64,000 nt of DNA from an uncultured Gemmatimonadales bacterium (GCA_963748035.1 CAVVHO010000004.1:477331-541330), one strand, 5' to 3'; counted from the first letter of the stretch, positions 41,075 to 51,105 are shown. Notes: a model not told the origin generated them from the sequence alone. Translations and numbers: made by a program.

Positions 41075-44000
41075 ATGCACGGCCTTCAGTGCCCGTCCGT
41101 CCGACGTCCCTGGTTGCTCGCTACCATCGTCCTGTGTGTCGCCACGACCGCGCATCTCGTGGCCCAGGACGTTGAGATGGCGGGGCGCGCCCACGGTGTG
41201 AAGCCGCCGAATTCCTATTACACCAAGAAGGCGAAGGATCCGCATGCCTTCGAATTCCGGCGCGCCTGGCTGAACGTTGCCAAGGAGGTCGGTCGGGAGC
41301 GGGCAGAAGCGGCCTCTCACATGGACCTCCGCCGACTCAACGGCGGGTTCGCGGGCGGGCGAGCCGCCCCGGCGGCCGCAGTTGCGCAGCGAGTCGCAGT
41401 GGCCGGCACTCGCAAGATCCCGGTGCTGCTCGGCATGTTTTCCAACTCGGATTCGAACGCGGTCGTGGCCGTCGGCGACTCGGTCGCGTACCGAACCAAG
41501 CTGTTCGGTACCACCACCGCACCACCCTATTCGGTCACCACCTACTACGACGAGATCTCCAACGGCCTGCTCACGCTGAGCGGATCGACCTTTGGCTGGT
41601 TCCGCGCCAATAGCCCGGACACCTTCTACGAGGGCTCGTCAGGCTGCAACGGCCTTGATGAAGGCTGCGGCGGGCACACCGGCGACTATCTCCAGGAAAT
41701 CCTCGCCAAGGCCGATGGACAGGTGGACTTCAGTCAGTTCGATAACGACGGGCCGGACGGCATCGCCAACAGCGGCGATGATGACGGCTACGTGGATTTT
41801 GTCGCGTTCGTGATGCCGGAGGTGGGTGGAGAATGCGGCACCAGCAATCTGTGGGCGCACCGCTATGTCCTGGAAGGCTGGTCCCCCGGTGTCGGCTTCA
41901 CGACCAACGATCCCGCGGCAGGCGGCGGAAATATCCTGGTCAGCGACTACATCATCCAGTCCGGGGTGGGCGGCTCGACGGCCTGCACCGCCGGGCAGAT
42001 CATGCCGGTCGGAACGATGGCCCACGAGTCAGGTCACGCCTTCGGGCTCCCGGACCTCTACGATACCTTCGGAATCAGCGAAGGGACCGGGGAATGGAGC
42101 CTCATGGGATCGGGGAGCTACCTCATCCCGGACGCCCCGGCTCATATGGATGGCTGGTCCAAGTTCACGCTTGGCTGGATTGCCGTCGATACCATGACCG
42201 GCGGCGCTTCCCCGCGGCCGTACGTACTCAATCACATCGTACACCCAGCCTCTCTGGTTCCGGACACAGCGCTGGCGCTGTGCACCAACGCGGCGGCCTG
42301 CTTTGATAATGAGTACTTGCTCCTGGAAAACCGGCAGGCGATCGGCTCGGACGCATCGGTGCACGGCGGGGGCGGTTTGGTGGTGTGGCATGTGGATCCC
42401 GCCGCGATCGCCGCCCGGCTGTTCTTCAACACCGTCAACGCCGAGACGCCACATGGTCTCGCCATGCTCGAGGCGGACGGCCTGGATGAACTGGATGCGC
42501 CATTCGGCGACCGCGGGGACGCAGGCGACCCGTTCCCGGGAAGCACCGGAAATCACGCCCTGGGCCTGACCACCAATCCCTCCACCGCCCTCAACTCAGG
42601 GTTCCCGTCGGGAATCGTGATCGACAACATCACCGAGAATCCCGATAGTACCATCGGGTTCGAGGTGCACTACGAGGCAGTCCCGGATCCTCCGACCCAG
42701 ATCACGCTCATTACGCCTCCTTCCGGGGGGGTCTCAGGCCAGGTCCTGACTCAGGTACCGATCGTGGAGATGCGGGACGGCAGCGATCAGCCCGTGCTCA
42801 TCGCGGGCGTGCCGGTGTCGGTCAATATCGAGACGGGGCCAGGGGTCATTTGGGCGAATCCGCCGGGGAAGGGCAAGACCGATAACGCCACCAAGACCAA
42901 GATCGGCGGACCGCAGCGCAGTTGGAATGTCGGTTCGGTCCTGAGCGATGCCACCGGACGGGCAACCTTCAGCGACCTGGTGCTCACCGACGCCGGTGAT
43001 TACACCCTCACATTCAAGGTCGCCGGGCTGCCCCCGGTCACATCGCCGAGCTTCACCGTGACCCAGCCGGCCTCGACTCCGCTGACCAACGGCGTGGCGG
43101 TGACCGGGCTGACCGACCAGCCGGGGCGGGCGAAGTACTACCTGCTGTCGGTGCCAGCCGGGATCTCCTCGCTGGACGTCCAGACCACAGGCGTGGGTGA
43201 CGTCGATCTGTTGATCCGTCAGGGCGTGCCGGCGACTTTCGCGGACGCGGATTGCGTGAGTTTTTCCTTCACCGCCAATGAGAGCTGTCACATCGCCAAC
43301 CCAACCGCCGGTGACTGGTACATCCTGCTCTCGGCGTTTGCGAACTACTCCAATGTGACCCTCACGGCGACGGCCGCGAGCTTCACCCAGCTCGCAGTGA
43401 TCACCCAGCCTGGGGGAGGCGTCTCCGGCAGCGTCCTCACTCAGCAGCCGGTGATCGAAATCCGCAATGCCGGTGGTCAGCCGGTATTGCAGCAAGGGGT
43501 CGTGGTCACGGCTGTTCGGGCCAGCGGACCCGGCGTGCTCCATGGGAGTTCCGGCGCGCACGACAAGTCGACCAAGGGCACCGGCAAGCGGGGGTTAAAC
43601 GGTCCTCAGCTCGCTTTTGGAGCGGTTAACGCCACGACAGACGCGGCCGGGCGCGCGACCTTCTCCAGCCTGTCGCTCATCGATGCCGGCAACTATACCT
43701 TGGGCTTCGCAGCCGGCTCGGCTACAGCGGTCTCCCAGAGTTTTACGGTGACCCAGCCGGCCTCGACCCCTCTCGTGAACGGGCAGGCCGTGAGCCTCAC
43801 GGCCCTGGAGGGGAGTGCGAGGTACTACAGCCTCACGGTCCCGGCAGGAGCCGATTCGCTCGTCGTGACGATCACCGGCGGGACGGGGGACGCTGATCTG
43901 TACCTTGCCCATGGGAGCCCCCCGACAGTGCAGATCAACGACTGTAGCCCCTTCCTGATCGGGAACGAGGAGGAATGCGGGATCGATACCCCCGCCGGTG

Positions 44001-44587
44001 GAGCCTGGTATGTCATGGTGATCGGCTTCGAGGACTACGCCGACGTCGAGCTGACGGCGAGATATCCTGGCGTTGCGTATGCACTGGATATCACCGGGGC
44101 AGGAACCGGCTCCGGCACGGTGACGGCCCCCGGGGCGGGGATCGATTGCACCCTGACTGCGGGTACTGCCACTGGGACCTGCACCGGGCCCGTGCTTGCG
44201 GCTACCCCGGTGACTCTCACCGCTACCGCCACCAGCACGTCACTCTTTACGCTTTGGACCGGGGCTGGTGCCTGTGACCACGTGGCCACGTGCGATGTCA
44301 CTCCCAGCGGCGCCACCGGCGTGACGGCGCGGTTCGTTCTGGCGCCCAGTCAAACCGCGGGGGCCGGGCCGCTGCTGAGCGGTCCCGCACTGGACACCGA
44401 GTCTGCCACCGCCCTCGACCAACTCGGCAATAAGAACGGCAGCTACGATATCGGCGACTACCTCGCGCTGATCGATCACCTGACCACACCGATTCGCTTC
44501 GCCACGGTAGCCGCAACGGTACACCCACCATTGCTCAGGCCCGCCAGCCGGGCACTTCACGCTCCGAAGAAGGGAGACCGGCCATGA
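41075..44587 (+). CDS. secreted M6-family (immune inhibitor A-like) metalloprotease with repeated C-terminal beta-sandwich/PPC-like domains
   Basis: Internal ATG at 41075 after AGGAGG, plus a signal peptide. The zinc site is GTMAHESGHAFGLPDLYD. Two repeated blocks read ...FTVTQPASTPL.NG.AV..L......YY.L.VPAG..SL.V...G.GD.DL, with PPC-like GDxDLY. Confidence 0.85.
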   Translation: MHGLQCPSVRRPWLLATIVLCVATTAHLVAQDVEMAGRAHGVKPPNSYYTKKAKDPHAFEFRRAWLNVAKEVGRERAEAASHMDLRRLNGGFAGGRAAPAAAVAQRVAVAGTRKIPVLLGMFSNSDSNAVVAVGDSVAYRTKLFGTTTAPPYSVTTYYDEISNGLLTLSGSTFGWFRANSPDTFYEGSSGCNGLDEGCGGHTGDYLQEILAKADGQVDFSQFDNDGPDGIANSGDDDGYVDFVAFVMPEVGGECGTSNLWAHRYVLEGWSPGVGFTTNDPAAGGGNILVSDYIIQSGVGGSTACTAGQIMPVGTMAHESGHAFGLPDLYDTFGISEGTGEWSLMGSGSYLIPDAPAHMDGWSKFTLGWIAVDTMTGGASPRPYVLNHIVHPASLVPDTALALCTNAAACFDNEYLLLENRQAIGSDASVHGGGGLVVWHVDPAAIAARLFFNTVNAETPHGLAMLEADGLDELDAPFGDRGDAGDPFPGSTGNHALGLTTNPSTALNSGFPSGIVIDNITENPDSTIGFEVHYEAVPDPPTQITLITPPSGGVSGQVLTQVPIVEMRDGSDQPVLIAGVPVSVNIETGPGVIWANPPGKGKTDNATKTKIGGPQRSWNVGSVLSDATGRATFSDLVLTDAGDYTLTFKVAGLPPVTSPSFTVTQPASTPLTNGVAVTGLTDQPGRAKYYLLSVPAGISSLDVQTTGVGDVDLLIRQGVPATFADADCVSFSFTANESCHIANPTAGDWYILLSAFANYSNVTLTATAASFTQLAVITQPGGGVSGSVLTQQPVIEIRNAGGQPVLQQGVVVTAVRASGPGVLHGSSGAHDKSTKGTGKRGLNGPQLAFGAVNATTDAAGRATFSSLSLIDAGNYTLGFAAGSATAVSQSFTVTQPASTPLVNGQAVSLTALEGSARYYSLTVPAGADSLVVTITGGTGDADLYLAHGSPPTVQINDCSPFLIGNEEECGIDTPAGGAWYVMVIGFEDYADVELTARYPGVAYALDITGAGTGSGTVTAPGAGIDCTLTAGTATGTCTGPVLAATPVTLTATATSTSLFTLWTGAGACDHVATCDVTPSGATGVTARFVLAPSQTAGAGPLLSGPALDTESATALDQLGNKNGSYDIGDYLALIDHLTTPIRFATVAATVHPPLLRPASRALHAPKKGDRP

Positions 44588-44982
44588 TCTCGACCCGAGC
44601 CATTCTGCTGCCGCTCGTGGCTGTCGCAGCACTGGCCACCTGTGGTGGGGACGACGAGAACCCGACCCCGGGGAGCCTGATCGTTCAGGTGACGAGCGCC
44701 ACGAGTGAGGACGGCGCCATTCTGTTCACGATTGAGGGGAGCAAGATCACCAACGTGCGAGCGTCGCGCGGCTCGATCCAGACCGTCACGGTCGACAATA
44801 CGCACCAGAAGGTCCTGCTGCTCGGATCGTTGGACGCAGGGGACCTCATCGAGTTCGACGTCCCGAACCCGGGGAAGGTGGCTAACTACACCGCCACCGT
44901 GGAGCAGGTGGCGGGACGGTCCAATTCCTATGCGCTCCTCGTACCTGCGGACTTCCCGCTCCAGGTGGTGAAGGCCCCCTGA
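44584..44982 (+). CDS. lipoprotein of unknown function
   Basis: The ATG overlaps the protease stop (ATGA). Lipobox LATC in MISTRAILLPLVAVAALATCGG. Confidence 0.5.
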   Translation: MISTRAILLPLVAVAALATCGGDDENPTPGSLIVQVTSATSEDGAILFTIEGSKITNVRASRGSIQTVTVDNTHQKVLLLGSLDAGDLIEFDVPNPGKVANYTATVEQVAGRSNSYALLVPADFPLQVVKAP

Positions 44983-45173
44983 CGCGGGCCGGTCGGATGG
45001 TTCTATCCCTGCAGCGGGGCCCTCGGGTCCCGCTGCAGGCGTATGGACCCTTGGCGAATCCGGTCCCGCCATCCTCTTGCGATCCACGCCCGCTATTGGT
45101 AATTACCAGCCGCATCCACGGAGCGCCTCATTTCGCGGCGCCAGACCTTCACACCTCTACCTGCGAGGCTTAC

Positions 45174-45689
45174 GTGCGGGCATCTCGTCGAGGGCTGCTC
45201 TTGGCAGCCTTGGCCACCGTCGCCCTCTTCTCAACCGCCACCGCTCAGCGCCAGTCCCAGGGCTTTGCGCAGGGCCATAGCATGCTGCTCGGCCCCCATG
45301 CCGGGTTCGGCACGAACGATGTCGACTTCTTTATCGGTGCGCAGTTTGCGGCGCCGGTCGCCAACCGCTTCGATATTTACCCAACATTTGATTTCTACTT
45401 CCCCGGGAACGACGTCACCATTTGGAGCTTGGACGGGGCGGTTCGCTACTGGCCGAAGCTCAACATGCGGAACGCCGGCCTCTATGCGGGAGCAGGCCTG
45501 AATCTGACTCACGTCAGCGTCAACCCGCCGGGACCCGGCAGCGCCTCGAACACCGACGCAGGCTTGTCCTTGTTCAGTGGCTGGGATTTCAAGACGACCA
45601 GCATCCGGCCGTTTGCGCAGGTCCGGCTGGTGATTGGGGACGCGGATCGGTTCGAGTTCAGCGGAGGAATCAATTTCAAGATGAACTAG
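45174..45689 (+). CDS. small outer-membrane beta-barrel protein
   Basis: GTG at 45174 lies 6 nt after GAGG. Signal peptide, then alternating beta-strand pattern. The C-terminal ...FEFSGGINFKMN ends in an aromatic-x-x pattern typical of OMPs. Confidence 0.5.
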   Translation: MRASRRGLLLAALATVALFSTATAQRQSQGFAQGHSMLLGPHAGFGTNDVDFFIGAQFAAPVANRFDIYPTFDFYFPGNDVTIWSLDGAVRYWPKLNMRNAGLYAGAGLNLTHVSVNPPGPGSASNTDAGLSLFSGWDFKTTSIRPFAQVRLVIGDADRFEFSGGINFKMN

Positions 45690-45693
45690 GTCC

Positions 45694-45913
45694 CGTAGGG
45701 CGACCCGTTGGGTCGCCCCTACGATTTTCCCCTGCGATTTGAGCGGGCGACCCGTTGGGTCGCCCGTTCGATTTTGCCCCTCGGAACTTGAGGGAAGGGG
45801 ACCCGGGTCTGTTGTGGGGCCGGGGCGGGCATCTGTCGCCGATTGATCTTCCGCCCGCGTGGCGATCCCCATCGTACAAGAGGGTTCGGGCGACCCGTTG
45901 GGTCGCCCCTACG
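45694..45913. repeat. REP1 cluster (3 copies of GGGCGACCCGTTGGGTCGCCC hairpin) left of RAYT-1
   Basis: Copies at 45694-45724, 45744-45768 and 45888-45913. The stem is GGGCGACCC / GGGTCGCCC. Confidence 0.9.
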
Positions 45914-46502
45914 ACGCGGCCGAGGAGTGACGCGAGCGTGCCCGCACCACGGAAGACCCGTGGTTCCGTTCCCATTCAATCGGGTTCATCGCGAGGTAGG
46001 CCCGCGCGCCTACCACCGCCTGTTCGGACCAAAGCATCCGATCATGGTAGCCGCGTTGCCATAGGCGCTCACCGATCGGCCAGAGCCCAGCGGCTTTCGC
46101 GGCCTTGGTCACACGCGATTTCCATTGCCCCACCACCGCACCGATGCTCCCACGGGCAGGGCCACCGCGTTTCGGCCGCGCAGGCGGCGAAGCCTGGGTC
46201 ACGATCCAGAGAATCCCATGGAAGTGGTTCGGCATGACCACGAAGGTATCTGCGATGATCCACGGAAACCGCTGCTCAAGAGCCCTCCATTCGCGTTCCA
46301 CAAGCCGCCCGAGTGGGCTTGGACAAACCAGCGTTTGCCGTAACCCGAGATAGGGCGGGAATTCGACCCTCCACGCAAACCGTGATGAGATAGGCCCGGG
46401 TCGATCGATAGTCCCATCCGGGTGCCCTAAGGGAATGAGGGCGGCGGGGAAGTCGTGCCATGCCGGAATGGTGGCTCGGCGCATGGATCCCGCGGTAACC
46501 AT
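45909..46502 (-). CDS. REP-associated tyrosine transposase (RAYT, IS200/IS605 TnpA-like Y1)
   Basis: Intact ORF. FVVMPNHFHGILW (HUH motif), LWQRGYHDRML and ARAYLAMNPIEW match RAYT/Y1 transposase hallmarks. Confidence 0.8.
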   Translation of the reverse strand: MVTAGSMRRATIPAWHDFPAALIPLGHPDGTIDRPGPISSRFAWRVEFPPYLGLRQTLVCPSPLGRLVEREWRALEQRFPWIIADTFVVMPNHFHGILWIVTQASPPARPKRGGPARGSIGAVVGQWKSRVTKAAKAAGLWPIGERLWQRGYHDRMLWSEQAVVGARAYLAMNPIEWERNHGSSVVRARSRHSSAAS

Positions 46503-46560
46503 TTCGACGCGAGATCGCTGATTGAATGGGAAGGGGATTTCAGGGGAGGAGTTACGGGTC

Positions 46561-47100
46561 TGTCATGATGCAGGGGGTGCCCGCGTCACTTCGGGTCCGC
46601 GTCGTAGGGGCGACCCAACGGGTCGCCCGCCTCAACGTTTCTATGATCCAGGCCCCCTAGAATCGGCGATTGCGCGTGTTGTTTTGGGCATATCGCACCG
46701 GTTGGTTCGGGCGACCGGTTGGGTTGCCCGATCACCAACGGGTCCAGGGCGGCTTCATCGACGAACCCCATTGAATATGAAGTGGATTGCACTGGAAGGG
46801 ACGATGGGTCTGGCATGATGCCAGGGGTACCCGCGTCACTTCGGGTCCGCGTCGTAGGGGCGACCCAACGGGTCGCCCGCCTCAACGATCCAGGGATGCC
46901 GGCCTGAAAAAGGTGGCGATCGCCCTCCGACGCCCACCCATCGATCGGTACGGTGCGATCAGGATTGAGGACCCCGCATTAACCGCCGGCCCATCGACGA
47001 CGCGCCCATCGGGCCTGTCCTATCGCATGGTTCGGGCGACCCGTTGGGTCGCCCCTACGACGCGGTCGAGGGGTGACGCAGGCGACCGGGCATCATGAAC
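46561..47100. repeat. REP1 cluster right of RAYT-1 (opposite orientation; about 75-bp unit duplicated)
   Basis: CGTAGGGGCGACCCAACGGGTCGCCC at 46603-46628 and 46853-46878, a degenerate copy near 46705-46730, and an inverted copy at 47034-47059. The extended units at 46561-46637 and 46813-46890 are near-identical. Confidence 0.9.
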
Positions 47101-47276
47101 GCGATCGTGCAAAAAGCGGGCGAGCAGATCAGGAGTGATGACTATCTGGGGGCGAAGGCCACGCTGGAGGGCGTAAAAGAGCGGATCCAGAAGGCGGTCA
47201 TCGCGATCGAGGCGGTCAACGGATCGCAATCCCAGCGACGTCGTCGCTGATCCAGGTACGCAGAAATGACGAGGTT

Positions 47277-47397
47277 GGCCGGCCGTAAAGGCTGGCCGCA
47301 TCCGTTAAGGGCCGGCCTGCATCAGGCAGATCCCTAATCGGCCGAGTCACCGATAGGGATCTCATTCTTGATGCAGGGCGGGCCTTTACGGCCGGCC
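47277..47397. repeat. REP2 inverted-repeat unit (GGCCGGCCGTAAAGG ... CCTTTACGGCCGGCC)
   Basis: The termini are reverse complements, with a long internal hairpin CCTGCATCAGGCAGATCCCTA...TAGGGATCTCATTCTTGATGCAGG. Confidence 0.85.
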
Positions 47398-47444
47398 CGT
47401 GATCCTGAAATCGAACCGGCCTGCTAATCTGCAATGCACCCCGC

Positions 47445-47897
47445 ATGCGACCGCAGCGGGTCAAGGGCTTCTCCTACCTCGGTCTCCACCGATATCTCAT
47501 AACGATTTGCACGAAAGACAGGCGGGAGAGATTCGTCGACGCCGCCGTCGTCGACTCCGCGCATGCGCAATTTCAGCGCACTGCGGACGACGAGCACTTT
47601 GCAATCCTTGCGTACTGCTTCATGCCGGACCACGTGCATCTCGTCCTCGAAGGAATCAGCGACGATTCCGATCTGCGGATGTTCGTCAGCGTCGGCAAGC
47701 AGCGCGCTGCGTACGCGCTCTGGACGGATCACAAGCTGTCGAAGGTCTGGCAGGGGGGTTATCACGATTGGGTGATTCGGCCGGATCAGAAGCATCACGG
47801 AGACGATCCGGTATGTGCTCGATAATCCGGTTCGCGCCGGGCTGGTCAGAGGTGGGATGAGTACCCGTTCTCGGGATGCAAGTATCCGCTTGAATGA
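47445..47897 (+). CDS. second RAYT / IS200-like Y1 transposase (two frameshifts near the 3' end)
   Basis: YCFMPDHVHLVLEG (HUH) and VWQGGYHDWVIR, then in shifted frames ETIRYVLDNPVRAGLV and RWDEYPFSGCKYPLE* (stop at 47895-47897). Confidence 0.7.
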
Positions 47898-47906
47898 GCT
47901 GATCTG

Positions 47907-48007
47907 GCGGCCGTAAAGGCCCGCCCTGCATCGGGCAGGGTCCCTGATCGAGAAGAGTCGGCCAGCCAGGCACTTCATTCATGCGGGGCGGGCCTTTACG
48001 GCCGGCC
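47907..48007. repeat. REP2 inverted-repeat unit
   Basis: GGCGGCCGTAAAGGCCCGCC...GGCGGGCCTTTACGGCCGGCC. It overlaps the extended tail of the dapF ORF. Confidence 0.85.
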
Positions 48008-48892
48008 AACCGGCATCACACGGCCGCGATTTCTAACTGGGCTTCCATTCTTGAGGCAGGGCCGGCCTTCACGGCGGGCAGCACATGCGTTCTTGCCGGC
48101 GCCCCACCATTCCCCGTCGAGGACGATCACGGCCCAGCCGGTCAGGTAGACGCCGGCCTCGTGCCACTCGACGCGCTGGGTGCCGCCGGGCGCCACCACG
48201 TCGAGGGTCCGCCCGGCCCCGCCATGCGCCGCCGCCGCCACGGCGGAGGCTGACGAACCGGTTCCCGACGATGTGGTCGGGCCGACGCCGCGCTCCCAGA
48301 TCAGGATCTGCACGCGGTCGGGCGCCTCGACGTGCGCGAACTCGACGTTGGTTCCCGCGGGAAACATCGGATGTGTGGAGAGCGCGGGTCCCAGGCGCAT
48401 GAACCGTTCGCGATCGGGCAACGGGCCCAGCACGACGCATTGCGGGTTGCCCATGTTCATCACCGATGCGGTGACGTCCTCGCCGAGGACGGGAATCTTC
48501 ACCTCGCGGACGTCGGTCGGCTGGCCGAGCGCGGCGCGGAAAGTAAACGTGCCGCGATCGCGCTCGAGCAGTTCCAGCGTCTTCACCCCGGCGCCCGTAT
48601 CGACGGTGACCGTCTCCGACGGCTGAAGGTTCTGATCGCGGGCCACCAGCGCCGCGAGGCACCGCAGCCCGTTCCCCGAGAGCTCCGACGGGCTGCCGTC
48701 CGCATTCAACAGCTCCATCGTCGCGCCTCGTTCCCGGAGCTCGTACAGGATCAGGCCGTCAGCACCGATGCCAGTGTGCCGGTCGCACATATGGCGAGCG
48801 AGGTGGGTGGTGGCGGTCCGCACGTCCTGCCGCGGCACCAGCAGGAAGTCGTTGCCGTACGCGTTGGCCTTGCAGACGGGCAGTCCTCTCAT
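47996..48892 (-). CDS. dapF: diaminopimelate epimerase
   Basis: ATG at 48892 inside the 513-aa track [82 protein letters not shown]. The last ~15 codons read into REP2, so the true stop is probably a little upstream. Confidence 0.85.
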   Translation of the reverse strand: MRGLPVCKANAYGNDFLLVPRQDVRTATTHLARHMCDRHTGIGADGLILYELRERGATMELLNADGSPSELSGNGLRCLAALVARDQNLQPSETVTVDTGAGVKTLELLERDRGTFTFRAALGQPTDVREVKIPVLGEDVTASVMNMGNPQCVVLGPLPDRERFMRLGPALSTHPMFPAGTNVEFAHVEAPDRVQILIWERGVGPTTSSGTGSSASAVAAAAHGGAGRTLDVVAPGGTQRVEWHEAGVYLTGWAVIVLDGEWWGAGKNACAARREGRPCLKNGSPVRNRGRVMPVGRP

Positions 48893-49770
48893 CAGGGAAC
48901 CTGAAAGGCGTTGAAGACGTACGTGAATCCGGCAGTCATGCCAATCGACGGGATCGGACGAGGTCACGCCAAACATCAGCGCCGCATCGGCCCGCCACCC
49001 GCCGATCGTGTAACGGGCGCCAAACCGCACGGCGCTACGCGACTCGGTGCCAGGAGGCACGCCCGTGTCGCGCATGTTGACGCGGCCGTTCACCTCGCCC
49101 ACCACCTCGGCCGCCTGCGTCACGGCGCGTGCGAAGGACACTCCGTAGGTCAGCACGTCGTTCTGCCGATCGCCGCGCGTCGGATCTCCAAGGATGCCCA
49201 GACCGACGTTGCTGACGAGACGCACCGACTGGACGGTCTTGCCGACGATCAGCGACGCGTAGAAGTCGGTGGTGTCGAGACCGAGGCCGCTCTCGTTCGA
49301 CGCGTTCGGCAGCTTGGTCGCAAATCGAAACCCGAACGCCGGGCGCGACACGCCTTCGGGCACGAGCCGCACCTTGGTGCCGATCACCAGGTCCTCGACG
49401 CTCGATGTCGAATCGCCGGTGGCGGTGACCATCGATCTGCAGCGGTCCGGGCCCGCGCCGCGTAATCGTGAGCCGGTCGTACAGACCGCCGTCGATCTGG
49501 ATCTCCGCGATCGAGCTGACGCCGATGCTGACGCCAATCACCGGAAAACGAAACAGGTTGCCCTTCGAGCCCGGACACCGGATAGACCACGTCGCGCTGC
49601 GCGTCGACGCCCGCCTCGACGAGCACGCGACCGGCGCCGATCGTTTCCGGATCTTCGGTGACGAGCGGACGCTGCTGCGCGAATGCCGAGATCGGAATCG
49701 CGATCGTCGGCGACACACACAGCCACGAAACACCGAGGCACCGAGGCACCGAGGATACGCTTCTTACCAA
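48892..49770 (-). CDS. outer-membrane beta-barrel protein (several frameshifts here)
   Basis: The signal peptide ends ...AFAQQ (track ORF 49384..49770). Beta-barrel body reads [34 protein letters not shown]...[24 protein letters not shown], and the corrected tail is [18 protein letters not shown]. The stop overlaps the dapF ATG by 1 nt. Confidence 0.5.
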
Positions 49771-50247
49771 ACCTGGAATGACGCATAGAGACTCAGGACT
49801 GTCGTTTTGCTGTCGATCAGAATGGTCACGGGGCCGTCGTTCACGAGCTCGACGTGCATCATGGCCCGGAATTCGCCGGTGGCCACCGGCAGTGAGGCCG
49901 CACGCAATTCTCTCACGAGATCTTCGTAGAGCGCCCGCGCGTGCTCGGGCGCCGCGGCGCGCATCGAACGACGGCCGCCGTCCCCTTTCGGACGTCGCCG
50001 TAGAGCGTGAACTGCGACACGACGAGCACCGAGCCGTTCACGTCCATCACCGACCGATCCATCGGCTTGTCGTTCTCGCCTTCGAAGACGCGGATGTCGC
50101 GGATCTTTCCGGCGACATACGTCACGTCCTCCGGACCGTCGTCGCGGCCCACGCCAAGCAGGACGAGCAGCCCCGGCCAATCTCGCCGGTGACACGGTCG
50201 CCCACTCGGACACGCGCCTGGGTGACGCGCTGAACGACGGCTCGCAC
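49764..50247 (-). CDS. dtd: D-aminoacyl-tRNA deacylase (frameshifted here)
   Basis: GTG at 50247. [26 protein letters not shown] | [29 protein letters not shown]...[18 protein letters not shown] | ...ARALYEDLV...[25 protein letters not shown], spread across three track ORFs. Confidence 0.75.
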
Positions 50248-50248
50248 G

Positions 50249-51095
50249 TCAGTGTTGGATTTGAATCAGGTTGGGCGCGCCTTCCTCTTCGAGGCGAAGC
50301 GCGACGCTGTCGCGCAGCTCGCCGCTCGGATTCAGGCGGGTGTCGAGCAGATGCCGGGGCATGACGTTGCCAAGCGCCTTGAGCATCGACTGCTTCACAC
50401 CGGAATGCTCGCGCTCGAGATCGAGTATCAGCCGCTTCAACCGCTGGCGCTGCAGGCTCAGGTCTCCACAGGCCGGACAGCAGCAGCCGATGATCGGAAG
50501 CTCGCACTCCTTGGCGTACAAGCGCGCCTCGTCCTCACCCACGTAGACGAGCGGACGGATGACGACGTGCTCGCCGTTGTCAGAGACCAGACGCGCCGGC
50601 ATCGCTTTGAGCGCGCCGGCAAAGAAGAGATTCAGGAGCAGCGTCTCGATGAAGTCGTCCAGGTGATGCCCGAGCGCGATCTTCGTGGCACCCACTTCGG
50701 TGGCGATCCGGTAGAGCACGCCGCGCCGCAGCCGGGCGCACAGCGAGCACGGGCGTGGCGTTGGCTTCGAGCAGGTCGTCCATGACCTCGCCGATGTCGG
50801 TGTGCTCGATGCGCAGCTCCCAGCCCCGCTCTTCGCACGTCTTCGTGATGACGTCGTGCTTGTAATCCTTGTAGCCGGAATCGACGTTCACGGCGATCAG
50901 CGAGAAGTCGATTGGTGCCCGCTTCCGCAGGTTGTCGAGCGTCTGCATCAGCGCCCAGCTGTCCTTGCCGCCCGAGAGCCCGACCATGACGCGGTCGCCG
51001 TCTTCAATCAGGTTGAAGTCGATGATCGCCTTGGTCGTTTTCTTCGCGATGCGGGACTTCGAGCGGGCTTCGGTAGGCCATTGGTAGGAGTGTAG
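50249..51095 (-). CDS. ttcA: tRNA 2-thiocytidine(32) synthetase (frameshifted here; start uncertain)
   Basis: [28 protein letters not shown] (PP-loop) ... [10 protein letters not shown] ... | [38 protein letters not shown]...CCCPACG. No clean in-frame ATG lies outside REP2. Confidence 0.8.
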
Positions 51096-51105
51096 CAGGC
51101 GAGGA

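Noticed and set aside
45909-47897. The two transposase-like genes as the missing integron integrase
   Set aside because: They carry HUH/Y1 (IS200/RAYT) motifs, not the R..HxxR..Y tyrosine-recombinase pattern. They also lie 17 kb from the array with unrelated genes in between.
47996-49537. Single 513-aa protein
   Set aside because: It is a read-through artefact. The last 298 codons are dapF, with its own ATG at 48892. The first part is an out-of-frame-joined outer-membrane protein gene whose corrected stop overlaps the dapF start.
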